Below are positions 27,618-36,977 of a stretch of DNA of 64,000 nucleotides, in pieces (positions within the stretch are counted from its first letter, which is position 1; the number at the start of each line of letters is the position of its first letter). The position numbers and the translations under genes were made by a program. This stretch comes from Candidatus Onthovicinus excrementipullorum (lineage in GTDB: Bacteria > Bacillota > Clostridia > Oscillospirales > Acutalibacteraceae). The notes below the pieces were generated by a model that was not told the DNA's origin, did no database searches, and worked only from the letters and a program-made list of their open reading frames with translations. The stretch is taken from NCBI GenBank assembly GCA_018712345.1, contig DVHG01000011.1, positions 2,209 to 66,208 on the forward strand. The letters are read 5' to 3'.

Positions 27618-28655
27618 ATGATAAAGCCCAAAAGATTAAAACAGGGCGATCGGGTGGCAGTCGTCAGCCTGTCCTGGGGCGGGTTAGGAGATCCTGATCT
27701 GATCCACAAATTCCATATTGCGAAAGAGCGTTTGGAAAAGGACTTCGGGTTAGAAGTGATCTGCATGCCCCATGCGTTAAAAGGCAGCGAATTTGTAGCA
27801 AATCACCCTGAATTAAGGGCAAGGGATCTGATGGAGGCCTTTGCGGATGATTCCATTGATGCCGTTTTCTGTGCGATCGGCGGCGATGATACGATCCGGA
27901 CACTGCCTTATATTGATCTGGAAGTGATCCGGAGCCATCCCAAAATCTTTATGGGCTATTCCGATTCCACGATCAACCACCTGATAATGTATCGGGCGGG
28001 AGTGGTCTCCTTTTATGGGCCGTCCGTCATGTGCGAGTTCGGCGAGTATGTCAACATGTTTGATTACACGAAAAATGCCGTGAGGGATATTTTGTTTAGC
28101 GAATGGGAGCGCTACGATCTTTTGCCGAGCCCGCAGTGGTCGGCGGACTATATCCCCTGGCAGGAGGACAATATCAACACGCCCCACGCCATGCAGGAGG
28201 ATGTCCACGGCTATGAGATCATCAGCGGTGGGGACCGGGTCGTGCAGGGGCATTTGCTCGGCGGATGCATTGATGTGTTTTTAATGGCAATCGGCACAGA
28301 GATCTGGCCATCCCTCGAAGAGTGGAAAGACGCTGTTCTCTTTATCGAGACAAGTGAGGATAAGCCGTCCCCGCAATTTGTGACGTGGACGCTCCGAAAC
28401 CTTGCCGCTCAGGGGATTTTGAACGTCATAAAGGGGATCCTGGTGGGCAAGCCGCAGAGTGAGGCGTACTATGAGGAATATAAAGTTGCCATTATCCAGG
28501 TAGTGGGACAGGAAGAGGGCCTTTATAGTCTGCCAATTTTCTATAATGTAAATTTTGGGCACGCCAAACCGATCGGCATTATCCCCTATGGGATTCAGGC
28601 AGAATTGGACTGTAAAAATAAAACGATTACATTTCTGGAATGCCCGACGGTTTAA
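27618..28655 (+). CDS. S66 LD-carboxypeptidase family serine peptidase (MccF-like size class)
   Basis: MIKPKRLKQGDRVAVVS start and the nucleophile block FMGYSDST. At 345 aa it is longer than classical LdcA. The ATG at 27618 is preferred because of RBS AAAAGG. Confidence 0.85.
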   Translation: MIKPKRLKQGDRVAVVSLSWGGLGDPDLIHKFHIAKERLEKDFGLEVICMPHALKGSEFVANHPELRARDLMEAFADDSIDAVFCAIGGDDTIRTLPYIDLEVIRSHPKIFMGYSDSTINHLIMYRAGVVSFYGPSVMCEFGEYVNMFDYTKNAVRDILFSEWERYDLLPSPQWSADYIPWQEDNINTPHAMQEDVHGYEIISGGDRVVQGHLLGGCIDVFLMAIGTEIWPSLEEWKDAVLFIETSEDKPSPQFVTWTLRNLAAQGILNVIKGILVGKPQSEAYYEEYKVAIIQVVGQEEGLYSLPIFYNVNFGHAKPIGIIPYGIQAELDCKNKTITFLECPTV

Positions 28656-28735
28656 CGGGCCATAGAATCAAATTTTGACGAAAAAACGGAGGAGCCCGTA
28701 CAGCGGGATCCTCCGTTAAAAATTTACCTGCTTTT

Positions 28736-29332
28736 TTATCTATTGGGATTTGTGCTGCCATTCTCCCACTCGGATCTCAGGATGGCGTAATAGTTCTTAT
28801 CCCCAATGCTGCCGTCCTTTTGATAACAACAGCGCCGGAAGGTGCCCTCCAGCGTCATGCCGGCCTTTTGCATCACACGGCCGGAGCCAATATTTCTCGT
28901 ATCGTGCCCGGAGGTGATCCGATCATATCCGACCCGGTCAAAGAGAAAATCGATCACCGCGCGGACCGCCTCCGTCATGATCCCCTGATTCCAATAGGGG
29001 ACATCAATCTGCCAGCCCAGATGGCAGGTGTGGCAGGCGTCATCCTGCGTAACCACACTGATATTGCCGATGACAGTTCCGTTCCATTCAATGGCCCAGT
29101 TGTACACCGAAGGATCGCGGTAGGCAGATATCCATGATTTCAGGATCTTTTGGGACTCTTTCAGTGACTGATGAGGGGAATAGGAGAGGTACCGGACCAC
29201 TTCCGGATTCGATGCCCACTGGAACATGGCCCCCGCATCCTCCCGGCGAAATCGGCGCAGGAGCAGCCGTTGTGTTTGAATCGGCTGTGTGCCGGTATGG
29301 CAGATAGGTTTTAACTGCTCAATATCTGTCAC
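28736..29332 (-). CDS. GNAT N-acetyltransferase, RimJ/RimL-type
   Basis: 198 aa. RLLLRRFRREDA and QGIMTEAVRAVIDFLF are RimL-like blocks. GTG start with RBS AGGAGG. Confidence 0.85.
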   Translation of the reverse strand: MTDIEQLKPICHTGTQPIQTQRLLLRRFRREDAGAMFQWASNPEVVRYLSYSPHQSLKESQKILKSWISAYRDPSVYNWAIEWNGTVIGNISVVTQDDACHTCHLGWQIDVPYWNQGIMTEAVRAVIDFLFDRVGYDRITSGHDTRNIGSGRVMQKAGMTLEGTFRRCCYQKDGSIGDKNYYAILRSEWENGSTNPNR

Positions 29333-29359
29333 TTCGTATTCCCTCCTTCAATCTAAAAT

Positions 29360-29806
29360 TTAGTGGTCGCTTTTTCCCTTTCTGCGCACGTCCAGTTCCC
29401 CCATAAACGCATATTTTTCCTTTGGGGAGATGCTGATCGTTCTGTTTGTATTTTTACGGCGGTAGGTGATCGTCAGCTTGTCCATAGAGAGGGCGGCGGA
29501 ATCCTGTGAGCGGTCGCGCTGCGGCTCGCAGGAAATGATATCACAGTAGGGGATGAACCGACCGTGTCCCCATCCGGAGCGAATTCGCAGGCCGTTGTCC
29601 TCAAACACATAGTACGTAAACAGATAGGACGGCAGCAGCAGCGCCAGGAAAAAGACCAGCAGTACGACGAAGGTCAGCGCGCATACGGAGTCCGTCGGCG
29701 GCTCTGTATAGGAAGTGGCCACGAACACCGCCGCCATAAACAGGATGAAGAACGCCATTGCCAGATGGAACCACCAGTCGATCTTGGATTTAAATTTGTT
29801 TTGCAT
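29360..29806 (-). CDS. Membrane-anchored bacterial PH-domain protein
   Basis: Two TM helices followed by a bPH-like module (FEDNGLRIRSGWG...IPYCDI...LTITY). Confidence 0.68.
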   Translation of the reverse strand: MQNKFKSKIDWWFHLAMAFFILFMAAVFVATSYTEPPTDSVCALTFVVLLVFFLALLLPSYLFTYYVFEDNGLRIRSGWGHGRFIPYCDIISCEPQRDRSQDSAALSMDKLTITYRRKNTNRTISISPKEKYAFMGELDVRRKGKSDH

Positions 29807-29889
29807 TGTTTTTCACCGTTTTTATTCAGGATGTCCCTATTGTACCATATTCCCGGCCGTTTGACCACCGGAAAAGGGACGAATTCCCA

Positions 29890-30475
29890 CCGGGATCCCC
29901 TTGAGGCAATCTTCCGGCCACGCAGAGAGCACGAATTTGCACCATTCTCCGGCTCCACCTACACAGGGATCCGGGATGGTCTGTACAGGCCATTCATGCC
30001 TTCCCCTTGAGGGGAAGGTGGCGAGGCCGCAGACCGAGACGGATGAGGTGTTCTGCTACGTTTTGTGCTGGCTGAGTGCGGGACGGAGATTTTCCACCTC
30101 ATCAGTCTCACTTCGTTCGACAGCTTCCCCTCAAGGGGAAGCCAATATTTGTTTGTGCGAATTCTTTAACGTCTACCGTAGGGGGGACCCTTTCGTCCGC
30201 TCCGCGGACATTTCCCCTAACAGGGGGATCACCCACAAGGGGAAGCCAAAAGGTACGGCGCGGAAGTTAGTGCGGTCAAAGCCTCCCTTGTGTAAAGGGA
30301 GGGGGACCGCCGCACGGCGGTGGAGGGATTGTGATACGGCTTGATTTGCAAAAAACGGGCGCATTTAGCCGACAACCCCTCAGTCACGCATACGCGTGAC
30401 AGCTCCCCTTACACAGGGGAGCCGGGGGGCCATTCAAGCCTTCCCCCGTAGGGAGCGCCGCCCTCGGCGTTCCGT
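29890..30475. repeat. Cluster of GC-rich palindromic intergenic repeats (REP-like family)
   Basis: About 600 bp of non-coding DNA packed with short CCCCT-N4-AGGGG type hairpins. It contains an inverted pair of a ~50-nt unit (29998-30050 reverse, 30094-30143 forward: CCACCTCATCAGTCTCACTTCGTTCGACAGCTTCCCCTCAAGGGGAAGCC). The edges are duplicated (29951-30019 resembles 30410-30457). Confidence 0.7.
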
Positions 30476-30482
30476 TTGACAC

Positions 30483-31253
30483 TCATGGCCGGCGTGCCAG
30501 ATAGAGATCAATCGTATCATAGATGCGGATAAAGCCGCCGGTCTGGTCAAGGAGATCTTTCATCTCCCGCTCAAAGGCAGCTTTGGCAGTGGGGTCCATG
30601 GCGCGGTGATCGGAATAGGTGTTCAGCAGACCAATGTAGTCATCGGAGGTCAGCGTGCGAACCCGCCGATAGATGTTGCAAGTGATATCCCGAAAGCCAT
30701 ATTCCTGCAGCTCGGCAATGCGTGCTTCGCAGTCCCGATCCGAAAATTCACGCGCTTTCTCGTCGGAGGGGCGGTATTTATGATAGACCTTTCGGTTGAT
30801 ATCGTTGGTGCTGTCCCCCTCCCGGTTGGGGAAGGGATGATTCCAGAACAGTGCGACGGCACCACCTGGCCTGAGGATGGACAATATTTTTGGATAAGCC
30901 ACCTCCTCTGGGAGCCAGTGGAACGCAGTGGCGCAGTAAATTAGATCATAGGAATTGTGTGACAGAGGGAGCGTGATAAAATCGCCGGTGATGATCTCCA
31001 GACCGCTCTCGCCGGAAAAATTTTTCCGTGCAAAGCGGCTGAGATTTTCACCCAGCTCGATTGCCGTCACCCGGCATCCGGTCTTCAGGATCGGGGAGGT
31101 CGCCTGCCCGGTACCGATCCCGATCTCCAGCGCTCGGCTCTCCGGCCCCAAAGCGGTGTACCGGGTAATCTCCTCAAACAGCTCCGGCGGATATCCCGGG
31201 CGGTACCGGTCGTAATTTGCCGCATCTTCGTCAAAGGTGCGCCGCAGTTCCAT
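30483..31253 (-). CDS. Class I SAM-dependent methyltransferase
   Basis: ALEIGIGTGQAT motif I and DLIYCATAFHWL. 256 aa. Confidence 0.85.
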   Translation of the reverse strand: MELRRTFDEDAANYDRYRPGYPPELFEEITRYTALGPESRALEIGIGTGQATSPILKTGCRVTAIELGENLSRFARKNFSGESGLEIITGDFITLPLSHNSYDLIYCATAFHWLPEEVAYPKILSILRPGGAVALFWNHPFPNREGDSTNDINRKVYHKYRPSDEKAREFSDRDCEARIAELQEYGFRDITCNIYRRVRTLTSDDYIGLLNTYSDHRAMDPTAKAAFEREMKDLLDQTGGFIRIYDTIDLYLARRP

Positions 31254-31349
31254 CGCTTTGACCTCCCATCAATTGATCAAATGTATTTCTATGATAACAT
31301 ACAGGCCGCCCGGGGACAATCCCCGGACGGCCTGACCTTTTATAAAATA

Positions 31350-32747
31350 TTAGTAAGCGATAAATGCGCTGAATGCCCGATAGGCCGCGTAGACGTCAAG
31401 CTTGGAGACCACCTCAAACGGCGCGTGCATGGAGAGCACCGGCACACCCATATCGACCACATCCACGCCGAGGTTGGCAATATACATGGCCACCGTTCCG
31501 CCGCCGCCCGCGTCGACTTTACCGAGCTCGCCTGTCTGCCACAGGACGTCCGCCTCCTCCAGGAAGGTACGCACACGGCCCATAAATTCCGCGCTCGCAT
31601 CGTTGGTGCCGCCCTTGCCGCGGGAACCCGTGTACTTGGTCACACACACGCCGTGGTTCAGATAAGCCGCGTTGCGGCGCTCATTGACATCCGGGAAGGT
31701 GGGGTCAAACGCCGCGTTCACATCCGCGGACAGACACTCGGACTTTGTGAGTACATCGCGGCCTGCCAGGCCCTCCATCGCGGCCAGATCCTCAATGAAA
31801 TAGCGCAGGTAGGAGGACTTGAGGCCCGTGTTGCCCTCGCTCCCGATCTCCTCCTTATCGGTCAGCACGGTGACGCAGGTGACCTCCGGATCGACTGCGC
31901 CCAGCGCGGCCATGGCCGCCGGATAGGCGCACACACGGTCGTCATGGCCATAGCCGCCGATCATGCTGCGGTCAAAGCCAATGTCGCACACCGGGAGCGC
32001 AGGGACGAGCGTCAGTTCCGCGCTCAGGAAGTCCTTCTCAATGATGCCGTACTTTTCATGGAGGAGATTGAGAATGTTGAGCTTGACCTTTTCACTCTCG
32101 TCATCGCACTTGAACGGGCGGGAGCCGATCAGGATGTTGAGCTCCTCGCCTTTGATGATCTGCGGGGCGGTCCGCTTCATCTGTTCATCCGCCAGATGGG
32201 GCAGCAGATCCGTCACCACAAAGCGCGGATCGCCCGCGTCCTCGCCGATGTTGACGGTGACCTTCTCCCCGCCCTTTTTGACGATCACACCGTGCAGGGA
32301 GAGCGGAATGGCCGTCCACTGGTACTTTTTAATACCGCCGTAGTAGTGCGTCTTAAAAAGCGCCAGCTCCGTGTCCTCATACATGGGGTTGGGTTTTAAA
32401 TCCAGGCGCGGGGAGTCAATGTGCGCCGCATTGATGCGTACGCCCTCACGCAGGCTCCGCTTCCCGATCGTGGCCAGGATGATTGCCTTGCCGCGGTTGT
32501 TGTAGTAGACCTTGCTGCCCGGCGCGTATTTTTCCCCGGGGACAAAGGCTGTGAAGCCGGCTTCCCTTGCCTTTTCCTCAAAAAAGTCCACAGCCTCGCG
32601 CTCCGTCCGGCAGCGGTTTAAAAAGTCCATATACCCGGCGCAGAACGAATCCGCCTCGCGGATCTCGTCATCCGCCATCGTCTCCGCGCCGTTTTCGGAC
32701 TGATAAAACAGCACCTTTTTAAGCTCCTTGACACTTTTTTCACTCAT
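31350..32747 (-). CDS. M18-family aminopeptidase
   Basis: 465 aa from MSEKSVKEL. Blocks HIDSPRLDLKP, GYGHDDRVC, DKEEIGSEG and HAPFE are typical of M18 and aminopeptidase-1 enzymes. Confidence 0.88.
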   Translation of the reverse strand: MSEKSVKELKKVLFYQSENGAETMADDEIREADSFCAGYMDFLNRCRTEREAVDFFEEKAREAGFTAFVPGEKYAPGSKVYYNNRGKAIILATIGKRSLREGVRINAAHIDSPRLDLKPNPMYEDTELALFKTHYYGGIKKYQWTAIPLSLHGVIVKKGGEKVTVNIGEDAGDPRFVVTDLLPHLADEQMKRTAPQIIKGEELNILIGSRPFKCDDESEKVKLNILNLLHEKYGIIEKDFLSAELTLVPALPVCDIGFDRSMIGGYGHDDRVCAYPAAMAALGAVDPEVTCVTVLTDKEEIGSEGNTGLKSSYLRYFIEDLAAMEGLAGRDVLTKSECLSADVNAAFDPTFPDVNERRNAAYLNHGVCVTKYTGSRGKGGTNDASAEFMGRVRTFLEEADVLWQTGELGKVDAGGGGTVAMYIANLGVDVVDMGVPVLSMHAPFEVVSKLDVYAAYRAFSAFIAY

Positions 32748-32760
32748 ATCACAGAACCTC

Positions 32761-33327
32761 CTACAGATCATATAGTTCCTTATATTTTTCGACCGCACGG
32801 GAGACCTTATGCACATAGTGTGCCGTGTCCGTGGTCGGAATCGTCGTCAAAGTTTTGCCGTCAGCGGAATAGTCCGGGTTCTCCAGCCATCCGTTGACCC
32901 GTCCGCGCCCGGCGTGGTAGGCCGCAACCGCCGTGTTTTCATCGCCGAATTCCTCCAGCAGCATGCTCAGAAAGAGTGTGCCGTACCGGATGGAAATGTC
33001 CTTGTCAAACAGGGCGTCCTCCGGCAGCGTATCGCCCGTCTTGGTCTGGAGCCAGTCAAATGTGTCCGGCGTCATCTGCATGATACCCAGTGCCCCCAGA
33101 TCGGAGACCGCCTCGGGGTCAAAGCCGCTCTCGGTATTGATAACGGCGTAGATCAGATACGCCGGCACCTCATATTCCCGGGCGTACTGCTCCACAAGCT
33201 CCGTCTCCTTGAGCGGATAGAGGGCCTTCTGTAAGGTGTGGTATGCCGCCGCCCCGCAGACGGCCGTGAGGATCAAAACCGCCGCAATCACAAGGAACGC
33301 GACGGTGCGTTTTCTGCGTCTGGTCAC
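32761..33327 (-). CDS. Lytic transglycosylase (SLT domain), membrane-anchored
   Basis: N-terminal TM helix, catalytic ES block (INTESGFDP) and GIMQM. The GTG start overlaps the coaE stop. Confidence 0.85.
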   Translation of the reverse strand: MTRRRKRTVAFLVIAAVLILTAVCGAAAYHTLQKALYPLKETELVEQYAREYEVPAYLIYAVINTESGFDPEAVSDLGALGIMQMTPDTFDWLQTKTGDTLPEDALFDKDISIRYGTLFLSMLLEEFGDENTAVAAYHAGRGRVNGWLENPDYSADGKTLTTIPTTDTAHYVHKVSRAVEKYKELYDL

Positions 33328-33929
33328 GTCAGTGCCTCCTCAATCTTCTCGTAGAGCGGCCCCAGCTCCTGCTCAAGGAGAAAGGGCGGGTAATTGCGGA
33401 TGATGATATCGGCGCGTTCCTCATAGCAGGATCGGGGGAGTTGGGCGGCCATGCGCTCCTTCAGTTTTTCCACGGGCAGGCCGTCCCGCCGGATCAGCCG
33501 CGCCAGCCGGACATCGTCCGGCGCAGTAACCACGGCCACAAGGTCACAGATCCGGTCCGCACCGGCCTCAAAGAGCTGTGCGCCGTCCATCACGGCGACC
33601 CGGGCGCCAGACCGGAAGACATTTTCGCGCTCCTCCTCCATCCTGCGGACAATGTGCGGATGGGTGATCGCGTTGAGCGTCTGTGTACGCTCCGGGGTGG
33701 AAAAGGCGCGTTCCGCGAGCTTGGCGCGGTCCAGGACACCTGTATTTAAAATATCTGTGCCAAAGGCCCCTGCCAATTCCGTGAGCACCGGGCTGCCGGG
33801 CAGAGTGATCTCGCGCGCAATGTAGTCTGCGTCAATAACGGCAAAGCCGTGCTCCCGCAGCAGCCCGGCAACGGTGCTCTTACCCGCGCCGGTGGGGCCG
33901 GTCAGCCCCACGGTCACATTATTTTTCAA
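33324..33929 (-). CDS. coaE: Dephospho-CoA kinase
   Basis: GLTGPTGAGKST P-loop at the N-terminus. 201 aa. TTG start overlapping the end of tsaC. Confidence 0.9.
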   Translation of the reverse strand: MKNNVTVGLTGPTGAGKSTVAGLLREHGFAVIDADYIAREITLPGSPVLTELAGAFGTDILNTGVLDRAKLAERAFSTPERTQTLNAITHPHIVRRMEEERENVFRSGARVAVMDGAQLFEAGADRICDLVAVVTAPDDVRLARLIRRDGLPVEKLKERMAAQLPRSCYEERADIIIRNYPPFLLEQELGPLYEKIEEALT

Positions 33930-34956
33930 GTTCGATCACCTCGAAGGCCGCCGCGCGCATCAGCCGGTTATATACGGCCAGCCCTACGCCCTCCCCGGAG
34001 GGCATGCGCGCGTATACGCGTCTGGCGCCCCGCTCATCCAGCTCGCGCAGTGCATCAAAGAGCTGATGTGCCTGTGCGGCGGAGTCGGCCTGTGCGCCGT
34101 ATTCGATGTACGGCACGGAGAGCTTCGCGCCCTCTCTGTCAAAGCAGAGGGCGTATACGCCCTCCTCCTGCGCGTGAGCGTTCACACAGCGAACATAGGC
34201 GTCCAGCGGGCCGCTGAGGACCGTGACGCGCGCACGGGGGGCATAGTGCCGGTATTTCATGCCGGGTGAGGCCGCCTTGACGCCCTCTTTCAGCTGTTCG
34301 TAGACAGCGGGATCGACCTCGCATGCGCCGAGGACATCGCGGATCATCTCCGGGGTAATCCCGCCCGGCCGTAAGATGCGCGGCGCGCCGTCCACCAGGG
34401 TTACAACGGTGGATTCCACTCCCACAGCGCACGGCCCGCCGTCCACAATGTAGTCGATCTTGCCGTTCAGATCCTCATAGACATGCTCGGCCCGCGTGGG
34501 GCTCGGGCGGCCGGAGGTGTTGGCGGACGGAGCCGCCAGCGGAACACCCGACCGGGTGATGACCTCCCGCGCAATGGGGTCCGACGGCATGCGCACAGCC
34601 ACGGTGTCCAGACCGCCGCTGGTGGCATCCGGGATGAGTGCACTCTTTTTCAGAATAATGGTCATGGGGCCGGGCCAGTAGGCCTTCGCCAAAGTTAAAG
34701 CGCTCGCGGGGATCTCCTGAACGAGCGGCGCCCACTGGTAAAAATCCGAGATGTGCACAATCAGCGGGTTATCCTGCGGGCGGCCTTTGGCCGCATAGAT
34801 CTTCCGGGATGCATCGGCGTCAAGCGCGTTGCCCGCAAGGCCGTAGACAGTCTCCGTTGGGATGGCGGCCAGTCCGCCGCTGCGCAGGCATGCGGCCGCC
34901 GGGTCGAGCAGCGGATAATCCGCAGGGGAATTGATTTTGATGACTTTTGTCTCCAT
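33919..34956 (-). CDS. tsaC: L-threonylcarbamoyladenylate synthase (Sua5/YwlC type, with C-terminal Sua5 domain)
   Basis: IPTETVYGLAGNA, KGRPQDNPLIVH and SANTSGRPSPT blocks. 345 aa. Confidence 0.9.
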   Translation of the reverse strand: METKVIKINSPADYPLLDPAAACLRSGGLAAIPTETVYGLAGNALDADASRKIYAAKGRPQDNPLIVHISDFYQWAPLVQEIPASALTLAKAYWPGPMTIILKKSALIPDATSGGLDTVAVRMPSDPIAREVITRSGVPLAAPSANTSGRPSPTRAEHVYEDLNGKIDYIVDGGPCAVGVESTVVTLVDGAPRILRPGGITPEMIRDVLGACEVDPAVYEQLKEGVKAASPGMKYRHYAPRARVTVLSGPLDAYVRCVNAHAQEEGVYALCFDREGAKLSVPYIEYGAQADSAAQAHQLFDALRELDERGARRVYARMPSGEGVGLAVYNRLMRAAAFEVIELEK

Positions 34957-34960
34957 GATA

Positions 34961-36046
34961 TCAGGCCTCCGCCTTCAAACGTTCGGCCGTGTCCGCAGTG
35001 ATGAGCGCGTCAATCAGCTCGTCAAGATCGCCGTTGAGAATGGCGTCCAGTTTATAGAGTGTCAGGCCGATCCGGTGGTCGGTCACGCGTGTCTGCGGAT
35101 AGTTATAGGTTCGGATCCGCTCGCTTCGGTCACCGGTGCCCACCTGTGCGCGCCGCTCCCCGGCAATCTCCGAGTTCTGGCGCTCCCGCTCCATCTCATA
35201 GATGTGGGAACGCAGGATTTTCATGGCCTTTTCCTTATTCTTGTGCTGGCTGCGCTCATCCTGGCACTCCACAACCGTACCGGTGGGGAGGTGCGTGATA
35301 CGGATGGCGCTTTCCGTCTTGTTAACGTGCTGGCCGCCCGCACCGCTGGAGCGGTAGGTGTCAATCTGTAAGTCCGCCGGGTCGATTTGAATATCGACCT
35401 CCTGTGCCTCGGGCAGTACGGCAACGGTGACCGTGGAGGTGTGGATGCGCCCCTGGGATTCCGTTTCCGGCACGCGCTGCACGCGGTGGACACCGCTCTC
35501 GAATTTAAACCGGGAGTAAGCGCCGTCCCCCTCAATCATGAAGCTGATTTCCTTATATCCGCCCAGCTGTGTCTCGTTTGCGGAGAGCAGCTCGGACTTG
35601 AAGCCCCGCTTCTCCGCATACATGGAGTACATGCGATAGAGCACGCCCGCAAAAAGGGCGGCCTCCTCGCCGCCCGCACCGCCGCGGATCTCAATGATGA
35701 CGTTTTTGTCGTCGTTCGGGTCGGCGGGGAGGAGGAGGACCTTCAGCTCTTCCTCGCATTTTTCAGCCCGGGCGGAGGCCTCCTCGTATTCGGCCCGCGC
35801 AAGCTCGCGCAGTTCCCGGTCCTGACTCGCATCTTCGGCGATCTCCTGCGCCTCCTGCGCGTTTTTGAGCGCTCCGGAGTACTCGCGGAACTTTTCTGCC
35901 ACGGGCTCCAGCTTTTTATGCTCACGCAGCAGGGCGGTGTACGTATCAATGTCGCTGACGATATCCGGGTCGCACAGCTTGCGCCCGATCTCCTCAAATT
36001 TTTCCTCTATGGTCTTCAGCTTTTCAAGCATGGATTCACTTGGCAT
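34961..36046 (-). CDS. prfA: Peptide chain release factor 1
   Basis: [20 protein letters not shown] (GGQ motif) and the PET tripeptide region ([17 protein letters not shown]). Start [11 protein letters not shown] at 36046 has RBS GGAGGAGA. The longer track ORF is an upstream extension. Confidence 0.95.
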   Translation of the reverse strand: MPSESMLEKLKTIEEKFEEIGRKLCDPDIVSDIDTYTALLREHKKLEPVAEKFREYSGALKNAQEAQEIAEDASQDRELRELARAEYEEASARAEKCEEELKVLLLPADPNDDKNVIIEIRGGAGGEEAALFAGVLYRMYSMYAEKRGFKSELLSANETQLGGYKEISFMIEGDGAYSRFKFESGVHRVQRVPETESQGRIHTSTVTVAVLPEAQEVDIQIDPADLQIDTYRSSGAGGQHVNKTESAIRITHLPTGTVVECQDERSQHKNKEKAMKILRSHIYEMERERQNSEIAGERRAQVGTGDRSERIRTYNYPQTRVTDHRIGLTLYKLDAILNGDLDELIDALITADTAERLKAEA

Positions 36047-36096
36047 GCCGTCTCCTCCGAATCGTGTAAAAATCAGCTGCTGGGGATTCCTTCCCG

Positions 36097-36312
36097 TCAA
36101 TCGGCCTTCCTTGGGTCCCGGGGGACCGCAATGCCGCCGCGCAGGATTTTGCGGATGTTCTTTTCCGCTTTGGCGCGCGGGATCATAAATTCGCGCCCGC
36201 ACTGTGTGCACCGCAGGCGGAAATCCATCCCGGAGCGGAGACAGTCAAAGGTGTTCCCGCCGCAGGGGTGATTTTTTTTCATGACGAGCACATCGCCGAC
36301 CTGTACGTCCAT
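36097..36312 (-). CDS. DUF951-family small protein
   Basis: [22 protein letters not shown]...[15 protein letters not shown] matches the conserved DUF951 pattern. 71 aa. Confidence 0.8.
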   Translation of the reverse strand: MDVQVGDVLVMKKNHPCGGNTFDCLRSGMDFRLRCTQCGREFMIPRAKAEKNIRKILRGGIAVPRDPRKAD

Positions 36313-36464
36313 CACGCGCCTCCTTTTAAAACGGGGCTCGGCCGTCTTAGAGTGCCTGCCCCGCATGGCATCAGATTTTTATGAAAGTTAAAGATATCAA
36401 AGTTTTTATCTGCTTCCGCTCTGCCCGGCCCTGTCAGAGGCAATGTCCGCAAAGCGAGCAAAAA

Positions 36465-36601
36465 GCCTTTCCTTACAAGGGAAGGCACTGTTGCGGTGGA
36501 AGAGGTGTCTCTTGTGCTTTTTCAGTAAGATTCTGCAAGCAACTGCCTTTCCACCTCATCAGTCTCACTTCGTTCGCCAGCTTCCCCTCGGAGGGGAAGC
36601 C
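36465..36601. repeat. Inverted pair of the dispersed ~50-nt GC-rich repeat unit
   Basis: The forward unit 36551-36601 (CCACCTCATCAGTCTCACTTCGTTCGCCAGCTTCCCCTCGGAGGGGAAGCC) is nearly identical to 30094-30143. A diverged reverse-orientation unit lies at 36465-36507. Confidence 0.7.
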
Positions 36602-36610
36602 TGGATTGCA

Positions 36611-36885
36611 GTTATTATACTGCGGATCAGGCGCTTCCAGCGTTCCGCCGCAAGGCGGAACCGGACGCAAGTGAGGACTGATTCTGCGTAACAATGTTCT
36701 CCGGAACACCCAAAATTTTTGATTTTGTTGGTGTTGAGTGAGGTTATTATTACGCGGATCAGGCGCTCTCAGCGCCCCGCCGTCAGGCGGGTGAGGGCGT
36801 CAGCCCGGCTGATCCCGCGTAACAATGTTCTCCAGAACAGCCTAAATCTTTGATTTAGTGCTGTTCTGTGAGGTTATTATACCAT
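36611..36885. repeat. Tandem ~130-bp structured repeat (2 full copies plus a 13-nt third start)
   Basis: Copy A is 36611-36742, copy B is 36743-36872, and GTTATTATAC recurs at 36873. Each copy has a long-range stem (TACGCGGATCAG / CTGATCCCGCGTA in copy B) enclosing GC hairpins, then a terminal hairpin (GAACAGCCTAAATC..GATTTAGTGCTGTTC). Confidence 0.75.
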
Positions 36886-36977
36886 ACTTTCAAAACCAAT
36901 AAAAGCGGGCCTGTGGACTTTTTCCGCAAGTTGTTATATACTTGTCTTATCGAATCACGATTAGGACGGAGGATTCC

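Noticed and set aside
29901-30344. 147-aa ORF, and neighbouring ORFs, inside the 29.9-30.5 kb spacer
   Set aside because: They run through the palindromic repeat cluster and translate into repeat-derived low-complexity peptides. No RBS. The same applies to ORFs 36381..36674, 36443..36691 and 36473..36709 over the second repeat locus.
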